From the NCBI GenBank assembly GCA_964455585.1, contig CAYVXW010000005.1, forward strand, positions 1,972-65,971: a stretch of DNA of 64,000 bases, read 5' to 3'. Every line of letters begins with the position of its first letter. The stretch's first letter is position 1. Made by a program: the position numbers and the translations under genes. The notes beneath the pieces were generated by a model that worked only from the letters and a program-made list of their open reading frames with translations, was not told the origin of the DNA and did no database searches. Below are positions 38,395 through 45,412 of the stretch, piece by piece. Source of the stretch: an uncultured Christensenella sp. GTDB taxonomy: Bacteria; Bacillota; Clostridia; Christensenellales; UBA1242.

Positions 38395-38709
38395 ATGAAT
38401 GGAGAACAAGCTTTTACAACTCAAATAGATAGAATTAAGGAAAATATTAGCAATGCTTATATTAGAGCAGAACAAAAAGGTGCAACAATGCCTACCATAA
38501 AAAATAGCGACAATCTACCAAGCACAATTGAAAGCATAACTGCTGGTGGTAGTGGTGGTGGAAACTTTGAAAAAATGTATGTCACTCAAACTATAAGTGG
38601 AGATGGTTGCACACTTGCAATTTCTTCGAGTGGTAGTGAAGATGATGCCAAAATTGTTGGACAAATCGTTTCTGGTGAAAACGGAAAAATATACATAGTG
38701 GAGGTCTAA
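38395..38709 (+). CDS. Tail fibre-associated small protein
   Basis: Start ATG 38395. Contains a G-rich linker AGGSGGGN. Confidence 0.35.
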   Translation: MNGEQAFTTQIDRIKENISNAYIRAEQKGATMPTIKNSDNLPSTIESITAGGSGGGNFEKMYVTQTISGDGCTLAISSSGSEDDAKIVGQIVSGENGKIYIVEV

Positions 38710-38710
38710 A

Positions 38711-40015
38711 GTGAGTATAGATACAACCAAAAAGGTAAATGGAATATCTGTAAATGGAACAAATATGCAATTCGGTTCCGGTATAGATTCCAATATATTA
38801 CCAAGTAATATTAAAGAAGGTGTTAGCATTTTGGGTGTTGATGGAACATTCAAAGGTGGCACCTTACAAAACAAAACAATAAACATAACAAGGAATAAAA
38901 CGACCATTGTTACACCCGATGATGGATATTATGGTCTTGGACAAGTTGAAATCATAACAAAGGTTCAAGGCGGCAGTGGTGGAACATCGTCTGCAATCTA
39001 TGGGGTGTCTTGGGATAACGATGGCACAACAACAATGACAAGAACCGATGATGCTGTAGAAATGACTTATGCGATTTCAAACGGAAAAGTTGCAAGTGAT
39101 TTTGACAATGTGTTCCCATACAACGAAATGAAAAGAACAACAATAGACGGAAATGTATTTGTACATGTTCCTGCCATGTTCTTTAGGGTAACAGTTGATG
39201 AGGACAAAAAAATCACAGGTGTTGCAGTAAGTCAAACACAAGGTGAGGGTGATGACTGGTATGAAACAAGACCTTTCTATTACGGAGCCTATGGTGCATC
39301 TAGTGATGGTTCGGTATTAAAATCGGTTAGTGGTGCAAGTAGAAAATATTCTATTACAAGAGCAAATGCAAGAACCCAGGCAATGGCAGTTGGAACTGAT
39401 TATCACCAAAGAGACCTATATGCTGGAACAATACTTATGTTCTTGTGGTGGATAGAATTTGCAACCAAAAACTCGGCAAGTATTATGACAGGCACACAAT
39501 ATGACAAAACCACTGGCAATACCGATAGCATTTACAACGAAGAAGAAGGTGAAAATTTCTGTGTTAGTGGTTATAATACATCCACATCTCAAATGGTATG
39601 GCACGGAATTGAAGATTATATCGGAAATGGTCTTGAGTGGGAAGATGGAATTACCGGTAATGGTTCTTCTGGTGGAACTCAATATGTGAGTGATGACTAC
39701 ACTCTATATGACGATTATTCTGGTGGGAGCAAGATGTCAGAATTGTCGTTCAATTCTCCGACAACAAGTGGGAACTGTCTAGAGGCTCTTGGCTGGGATG
39801 AAGATCATCCATTCTTGGTTCAACCTATTGCAACACGAAGTGATGGTAGTTATGTGAGTGGGTTCTGCGACTATGGTTCGACTAGCAACAATATAGTCTC
39901 CTCCCGTGGGTGTAGCTACCCGTCGAGTGCCTACAGCGGGGTCTCTTACTTCGCTCGTCGCAATGTGTCGCCTTCGTATTCGGACATCGGTTGTCGCCTT
40001 CTATTAAATGCCTAG
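38711..40015 (+). CDS. DGR target protein: receptor-binding tail fibre with C-terminal FGE/C-type-lectin-like variable domain
   Basis: GTG start. IGNGLEWEDG (FGE-sulfatase-like motif). The C-terminal 36 codons form the VR, ending ...IGCRLLLNA. Confidence 0.85.
   Translation: MSIDTTKKVNGISVNGTNMQFGSGIDSNILPSNIKEGVSILGVDGTFKGGTLQNKTINITRNKTTIVTPDDGYYGLGQVEIITKVQGGSGGTSSAIYGVSWDNDGTTTMTRTDDAVEMTYAISNGKVASDFDNVFPYNEMKRTTIDGNVFVHVPAMFFRVTVDEDKKITGVAVSQTQGEGDDWYETRPFYYGAYGASSDGSVLKSVSGASRKYSITRANARTQAMAVGTDYHQRDLYAGTILMFLWWIEFATKNSASIMTGTQYDKTTGNTDSIYNEEEGENFCVSGYNTSTSQMVWHGIEDYIGNGLEWEDGITGNGSSGGTQYVSDDYTLYDDYSGGSKMSELSFNSPTTSGNCLEALGWDEDHPFLVQPIATRSDGSYVSGFCDYGSTSNNIVSSRGCSYPSSAYSGVSYFARRNVSPSYSDIGCRLLLNA
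39896..40005 (+). repeat. DGR variable region (VR)
   Basis: 110-bp alignment to 40089-40198 at a constant offset of 193. 16 mismatches fall at TR adenines and 2 do not. Confidence 0.85.
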
Positions 40016-40027
40016 ACAGGGGGCAGT

Positions 40028-40042
40028 GGGGGATATTCCCCC
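40028..40042 (+). promoter_or_regulatory. GC hairpin downstream of VR (GGGGGA-TAT-TCCCCC)
   Basis: 6-bp stem and 3-nt loop, about 22 nt after the end of VR homology. Confidence 0.6.
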
Positions 40043-40088
40043 AAATACAACCAATTACAATTAAATAAAATAAAGGGTATTTGTTGCT

Positions 40089-40198
40089 GTCTCCTACCGT
40101 GGTTGTAACAACCCGTCGAATGCCAACAACGGGGTCTCTTACTTCAATCGTAACAATGTGTCGAATTCGAATTCGAACATCGGTTGTCGCAATGTATT
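40089..40198 (+). repeat. DGR template repeat (TR), non-coding
   Basis: In the VR frame it reads V S Y R G C N N P S N A N N G V S Y F N R N N V S N S N S N I G C R N, with 12 AAY codons. Confidence 0.85.
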
Positions 40199-40326
40199 TC
40201 CAAAAGCATCAAAAAGAAAATTCGTTTTCAAGGCAACACTTATCCTATACCACTTGGTAGAAAACACTCCGAACTAGGAGTAGGTTAGTAAATAATTGAA
40301 AGCTTACTAGGGGAAATAGATGGTTT

Positions 40327-41406
40327 ATGAAAAGAGTAGGATATATTTATGAAAAGATTATTGATTTGCAAAATTTAGAGTTGGCAATTGTAAAAGCATG
40401 TGAACACAAAAAGAAAAATAAGTTTATTGTTCATTTGTTGGAGAATAAAAGTTCATATGCTCAAGAAATAAGAACTCTAATTTTACAGGAAGATTTCCAT
40501 CCTTTAATCATTAAACATAAGAAAATAAAAGAAAAGACCAAAGTAAGAGATATTGCAGTTCCAAAGTTTTATCCAGACCAAATTATTCATTGGGCAGTTT
40601 GTTTACAATTGAATCAGATATTTATGAAAGGTATGTATCATTACAATTGTGGCAGTGTTCCAAATCGTGGTGGAGTTTATGCTAAAAAATATATCGAAAA
40701 ATGTTATTCAATATTAAAAGAGAAAAAATCTTACACGTTGAAACTTGACATTAAAAAATATTTTTACAACATTTCACACGAAAAAATGGAAGAATTGTTT
40801 CGAGAAAAAATTAAAGATGAAAGAGTTCTTGAAATGCTACACAAAATTATTGATTGTGGGGAAGATGGTTTACCAATAGGGTTTTATACATCCCAATGGT
40901 TCGCAAATTTTTATCTTCATAGACTTGATAATTATATAAAACAAGTATTACAAATTAAATACTATATTAGATATGTAGATGATATGGTTTTAATTGATAC
41001 AAATAAACGAAAATTACACAAGGCAGTTGAAGAAATACAAAAATATCTCGATAACAATAGTTATTGTGTAACACTAAAAGATAATTGGCAGTTGTGGAAA
41101 ACCTTTTCTCGACCACTTGATTTTCTAGGATATAGGTTCTACAAAAATTATACATTGTTGAGAAAAGGAATTCTCAAGAAAATGAAAAGACAAATCTTGA
41201 GAGTTGGAAAAGAAAAGACTTTGAGAATATGTAGGGCAAGGGCATTGACTTCGTATATGGGTTGGTTAAAACAAACAAGCATATCAAGGAGTTTCTATGT
41301 CAAACATATTAGACCTACTTGCAGTAAAAAATGGGTTGGCAGAATAATATCACATGATAGTAAAAGGAGAAATAAAAATGATAATAAAAGACGGAACAAA
41401 CCCTAA
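40327..41406 (+). CDS. DGR reverse transcriptase
   Basis: RT motif 5 IRYVDDMVLI (YxDD). DGR-type motif 4 LPIGFYTSQWFANFYL. 359 aa, directly downstream of TR. Confidence 0.9.
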   Translation: MKRVGYIYEKIIDLQNLELAIVKACEHKKKNKFIVHLLENKSSYAQEIRTLILQEDFHPLIIKHKKIKEKTKVRDIAVPKFYPDQIIHWAVCLQLNQIFMKGMYHYNCGSVPNRGGVYAKKYIEKCYSILKEKKSYTLKLDIKKYFYNISHEKMEELFREKIKDERVLEMLHKIIDCGEDGLPIGFYTSQWFANFYLHRLDNYIKQVLQIKYYIRYVDDMVLIDTNKRKLHKAVEEIQKYLDNNSYCVTLKDNWQLWKTFSRPLDFLGYRFYKNYTLLRKGILKKMKRQILRVGKEKTLRICRARALTSYMGWLKQTSISRSFYVKHIRPTCSKKWVGRIISHDSKRRNKNDNKRRNKP

Positions 41407-41638
41407 AATTGAAAAATTAAAAACTAGGCTTGGACTGACTGGAGATGTCTATCTTTATAACAACCATTTTGTCGAGAATTTGGAAAGTCACAAAAGACTA
41501 ATTCCAAATAGCACTGCCACCACTATAAGTGAAGCATTTGTTGAGAGGGTTGAGTATGAAATTGAACAAGAGAAAATTCGAGAAGAAATGCAAAAAGAAC
41601 AAATTGCAGAAGGGGAAGAAAAACCAGTCGAGATATAA
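41378..41638 (+). CDS. Hypothetical acidic protein overlapping the RT 3' end
   Basis: ATG 41378 (track start 41354 is an alternative). No motif recognised. Confidence 0.35.
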   Translation: MIIKDGTNPKIEKLKTRLGLTGDVYLYNNHFVENLESHKRLIPNSTATTISEAFVERVEYEIEQEKIREEMQKEQIAEGEEKPVEI

Positions 41639-41760
41639 TATATCATTGTTTTATGAAAGTGTGAAAAATGGTATTTATAATTCTGGATATGTTCAACTCA
41701 CCCAAGAAGAATACGAAAAATTATTAAACAAGGACTAATTGTTCTTAAAAGGAGAAAATT

Positions 41761-42501
41761 ATGGAACCTTACGAAGATGAAGAGTTGGATAAAATTATTG
41801 AAGATAGGTTAAAGCAAAAAGAAGAGAAAGCACAAGAAGAGCAATCTCGTGATTTGCAACCTGTAGAAAGCAATAATATGAGTGTTTCTGAAACACAAAT
41901 TGAAATGCCTAATTTTATCCCACAAATTGATAAGTCAAAGGAATTAAGTGAACAAGCAAGTGATGTTGTTCAGATAATGGGAGCCCAAAAAGCATCAACC
42001 GACCAAAGTTTTATGGAAGATGTCTCAAAGAATTTCCAAAAAGGTGTTCTTACCGAGCAAGAAACAAAAAATATGAAAAAACAAAGATTGCTTGAACAAG
42101 AATACTTTCTAAAATGGAAAGATGTCTTGAACTTTGTTTTCATTAAGTCACCACATGGTTTACTTTTTATGAAGATAATGACTTTTATTGGTATGATTGT
42201 CTATATTCCAACTAGACTTGTGGGTATGATAATCAAAGCAGTTGGAATGGTTGGTGAATTTATAAACGAAATCTTTAACTCTGTCTTTGGTGGCAAGGGG
42301 AAATATTTGAGAGATTCCAATGGGAACCCAGTTTTAGATCCCGTGACAAAAAAACCATACATAGAAAAACAAGGATACAACTTGTTCGCAAAAATGCTAT
42401 TTGGCATTGTGATTGCAGGTTTGGCACTAGCATTAATATTCTTATTTGTCGAATTGTTCACTGGTTTCAGTGTATTCGGTTGGTTTAGAGAAATATTATA
42501 A
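41761..42501 (+). CDS. Membrane protein (acidic N-terminus, C-terminal TM segments)
   Basis: RBS AAGGAG. TM stretches LLFMKIMTFIGMIVYI and LFGIVIAGLALALIFLFVELF. Confidence 0.45.
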   Translation: MEPYEDEELDKIIEDRLKQKEEKAQEEQSRDLQPVESNNMSVSETQIEMPNFIPQIDKSKELSEQASDVVQIMGAQKASTDQSFMEDVSKNFQKGVLTEQETKNMKKQRLLEQEYFLKWKDVLNFVFIKSPHGLLFMKIMTFIGMIVYIPTRLVGMIIKAVGMVGEFINEIFNSVFGGKGKYLRDSNGNPVLDPVTKKPYIEKQGYNLFAKMLFGIVIAGLALALIFLFVELFTGFSVFGWFREIL

Positions 42502-42935
42502 TGTTTCCTACCGAGTTAAGAATATTTTATGAGCGACCAAAACCCAAAACATTTATTGAGTATATTATCGACCAAATAATAAATGGTCGTAATATAAATT
42601 TAGAAAAAAAGGAGGCCTTTGTAATGTTAGAACGTTTGCAAGAAAAGAAAGTTCAACTTAATGCAAGACTTGAGACTATTGGTGGTTCTCACGAAGAAGA
42701 AATCAAAGTTAAAGTTGCAGAATTTGAAGCAAAAATTCGTGAAGAGTTTGAAATTGCCGACAAAGTTGAACGAGAAAAAGTGATTAACCAACTTGAAATC
42801 GTTGAAGAATTAATCACTGAAGAAACTAACCGAGCAAATGAAGCTTTGGCAGATCAGTCAACTGACACAGAAACAACTGAACCAGTCACTGAAAATTACG
42901 ATCCAACAAACGAAATAAGTGTAGAAGGAGAATAG
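42501..42935 (+). CDS. Hypothetical acidic coiled-coil protein
   Basis: Alternative start ATG 42624 has a strong RBS AAGGAGG. Confidence 0.35.
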   Translation: MFPTELRIFYERPKPKTFIEYIIDQIINGRNINLEKKEAFVMLERLQEKKVQLNARLETIGGSHEEEIKVKVAEFEAKIREEFEIADKVEREKVINQLEIVEELITEETNRANEALADQSTDTETTEPVTENYDPTNEISVEGE

Positions 42936-42939
42936 TTTT

Positions 42940-43455
42940 ATGTGGAGAGAGATTTTTATGAGTGCATCAATATTGGCCTCAATAATTTTGGCAGTAGTTG
43001 GAATTTGTAAAACTCCATTCAAAACCTTTAAAGCAAAACATCCTAAAACTTATAGAGCAGTATTCTTTATACTATCATTGCTATTAGTAGTTGGTGGTAG
43101 CATAATCTCTGAACTATACATAATTGAGGGGCCATTGCTTTCGGTTGAGTTTGCAATTTTAATTATTTCCACAGGGTTTGTAGTATTCGGTGGATATGCT
43201 GGATATGAAAATCTTGGAATAAAGACACTAGTGCATAAGATTACTGGGGGCTTGAAAACTTTATTTTCAACATATAGCGATAGTAAAATCGCAAAGATGA
43301 TTGGACAAGTTGGTATGGATCGCATTAATGAAATATATAATGCAACCAATACAACAATAGTGGAAGAAAAAACAATTGAAACTAATGTTGTTGTGGAAGA
43401 ACCAAAACTTGAACCGGAAATCATCATTGATGAAAATAAACCAAATGAAAATTAA
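42940..43455 (+). CDS. Holin-like multi-TM protein
   Basis: Three to four hydrophobic segments (ILASIILAVVGIC, AVFFILSLLLVVGGSII, FAILIISTGFVVFGGYAGY). Last gene before the terminator. Confidence 0.4.
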   Translation: MWREIFMSASILASIILAVVGICKTPFKTFKAKHPKTYRAVFFILSLLLVVGGSIISELYIIEGPLLSVEFAILIISTGFVVFGGYAGYENLGIKTLVHKITGGLKTLFSTYSDSKIAKMIGQVGMDRINEIYNATNTTIVEEKTIETNVVVEEPKLEPEIIIDENKPNEN

Positions 43456-43470
43456 TAGTTAAAATAAAAG

Positions 43471-43500
43471 AATAGACATCGTAATGGTGTCTATTTTTTT
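43471..43500 (+). terminator. Rho-independent terminator
   Basis: ATAGACA-CGTAATGG-TGTCTAT followed by TTTTTTT. Confidence 0.65.
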
Positions 43501-43594
43501 ATCTATATTAAACGTGCTTCCTTTTTGCCTTTTTCTAATATTAATCTTAATACTAAACATTTAGAAATATTTACTAGTGATAATGGAATGTCAA

Positions 43595-43603
43595 GGGGGG
43601 GGG
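43595..43603 (+). repeat. Poly-G tract (9 G) upstream of the lipoprotein gene
   Basis: Read directly. Immediately followed by TATGAT, 65 nt before ATG 43668. Confidence 0.9.
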
Positions 43604-43667
43604 TATGATAGGGTTAGAGAATGTACTTTTTGCATTCAAAAATTTAAAAATTAAAAAAGGAGAAAAT

Positions 43668-45263
43668 ATGAAAGAAAAATTTAAAAAACTTTTAAAAATG
43701 TTCGCGATTTGCTGTATGGCGCTCATTTCGTGCTTCTCGATTTTTGCTTGTGGCGAAACACCTGACGACCCAGAAACTCCCGGCAGTGGAACTGAACAAG
43801 AATTGCCAGAAGGCGTTACAGGTACTCCTGTTACCGAGACTACTGCGGTTGATAAATTCAATCAATTGAAGACTGCAAGGGATGCAATGACTCCAAACAA
43901 CGGCTACACTTACACCGACGAAGGTACAACCAAAATGGAAGTAACACCAAACTGGGATGCTTTTGAGAGAAATAAAGTAGCAAAAATGGAAGGTGAAGAT
44001 GTTTCACTTGCCGATGATACTACTTTCACTGCATTCAAAGGTACCATTGATGCAGGTCTTTCTCGAATGAATGATGACTATTCTAGCAAAGAAATTATAT
44101 CTTACAATAGCACTACTAAAAATGGATATAATTTGTATGAATCTTCTAGTGGAGATAAGACATATGAAATTTCGGATATCGAAAATAATATGTTGTATGA
44201 TTATTCTAGCAATACATACACAGATAGTGGTAATAATACTCTAGAATACAAACGTAAATACAACATTGACCAAAACTACTATAACCAATTCACTTATGAC
44301 TTCTATGAAAATATGGAATATAGCGTTGGTGAGGTTCTAAAAGACACTTTGGAAGACACCGAAAGTTATCTAAGAAATGGCTTTGAATCAATGGGTCTTA
44401 CTTTTAGTGAAGATGACCTTGGATTTACTTTTGAAGAAGAAAACGGGCTTTATACTTTGGTTATCTATGCAAATGTAACAGATAAAACAATGAATTTCTA
44501 TGGTGAAAGCCTTACAGGTGCGGACTTTACAATGTCGCTAGTATTCAAATTTAATTCTACTATGCTAACAGAACTTAGTGCGGTTATGAACCTTGATGCA
44601 ACTATGGCTATGCCTGTAGGTCAAGATGCAAACGGAAATGACGTAAATCTTTCGATTGCTTTTGATATGGACAACACCCAAAAATTCACTTTCTCAAACA
44701 CCTATGACGCCGAGCACGCTCCAACGTACGTTGCTAGTGAGTTTGTAGGCGATGGCTATGATGATGGCGAACAAGTTGTAACAAATAATTCTTCAAATGT
44801 ATGTCTACATATTGGCGATTATGAGTTTGGAAATGTAGATTTTAAAATGGGAGATGCTTTAAATTATAGCGATCCTTGGATTTTTAGTGGTTTTGTTACA
44901 GGTGGACTAAACGGTATTACTTGGTATACCGACAAGGCTTGTACTCAAGCATTTATAGGAAATATGCCATCTTATGACATTAACCTTTATGCAAAATATA
45001 GTGATGCTTTGGCAAAATTGGATACCAATCACGTATTTGTTCTTGAAATGTATACAAGCAACTATGTTTCTAGTGTAGACTATGAGGCTTACAGTGAGCC
45101 TAGAATTGATGTAACTGAAAAAACAGGAACAGTTAACGCCGAATATTACACTTGTGCATATGTAAATGGCACAAAAGTAGAAGCAGGTCAAAGTTATACT
45201 CTAAATACAGGCCTAAACAAAATTATATTTGTTTACAATCCAGAATATTATTATTATTATTAA
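43668..45263 (+). CDS. Surface lipoprotein with C-terminal Listeria-Bacteroides repeat
   Basis: Start ATG 43668 behind AAAGGAG. Signal peptide with lipobox SIFAC|G. ITWYTDKACTQAF...INLYAKY. Ends in YYYYY. Confidence 0.7.
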   Translation: MKEKFKKLLKMFAICCMALISCFSIFACGETPDDPETPGSGTEQELPEGVTGTPVTETTAVDKFNQLKTARDAMTPNNGYTYTDEGTTKMEVTPNWDAFERNKVAKMEGEDVSLADDTTFTAFKGTIDAGLSRMNDDYSSKEIISYNSTTKNGYNLYESSSGDKTYEISDIENNMLYDYSSNTYTDSGNNTLEYKRKYNIDQNYYNQFTYDFYENMEYSVGEVLKDTLEDTESYLRNGFESMGLTFSEDDLGFTFEEENGLYTLVIYANVTDKTMNFYGESLTGADFTMSLVFKFNSTMLTELSAVMNLDATMAMPVGQDANGNDVNLSIAFDMDNTQKFTFSNTYDAEHAPTYVASEFVGDGYDDGEQVVTNNSSNVCLHIGDYEFGNVDFKMGDALNYSDPWIFSGFVTGGLNGITWYTDKACTQAFIGNMPSYDINLYAKYSDALAKLDTNHVFVLEMYTSNYVSSVDYEAYSEPRIDVTEKTGTVNAEYYTCAYVNGTKVEAGQSYTLNTGLNKIIFVYNPEYYYYY

Positions 45264-45286
45264 GATATATAACTTAATAGAGAAAA

Positions 45287-45316
45287 GGCAAGATTTTATA
45301 GTCTTGTCTTTTTTGT
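45287..45316 (+). terminator. Terminator after the lipoprotein gene
   Basis: GGCAAGA-TTTTATAG-TCTTGTC followed by TTTTTT. Confidence 0.5.
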
Positions 45317-45412
45317 TTTGATAATATTTTCTTTTGTGCTAAACTAGTGGGGTATAATAGGGGTGGTGTGGAGTTTTGGAGCACCGAACCCAAAAGAACT
45401 AATGGAGAAATT

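Larger units (their letters stand above)
1..43500. mobile_element. Temperate siphovirus-like prophage (left end cut by window edge, right end approximate)
   Basis: Canonical module order: integrase, CI/Cro, recombination/replication, methylases, TerS/TerL, portal, scaffold, capsid, tail, tape measure, fibres, membrane proteins. Visibly more AT-rich than the housekeeping genes after ~43.6 kb. Strong terminator at 43471-43500. Confidence 0.8.

Noticed and set aside
40327-41406. RT as a retron or group II intron reverse transcriptase
   Set aside because: No msr/msd-like inverted repeats or intron RNA domains flank it, and there is no maturase X or endonuclease domain. The adjacent TR/VR pair with adenine-specific mismatches and the SQ-containing motif 4 identify it as a DGR RT.
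41529-41738. 69-aa ORF overlapping 41378..41638 in another frame
   Set aside because: Its first half is an out-of-frame K-rich read of the upstream gene, and it has no RBS. At most a ~30-aa tail after 41640 could be real, which I cannot support.
43605-43667. Upstream extension of the lipoprotein ORF (track start 43605)
   Set aside because: The extension starts inside the poly-G/-10-like region and lacks an RBS. ATG 43668 has AAAGGAG at proper spacing and gives a canonical lipoprotein signal peptide.
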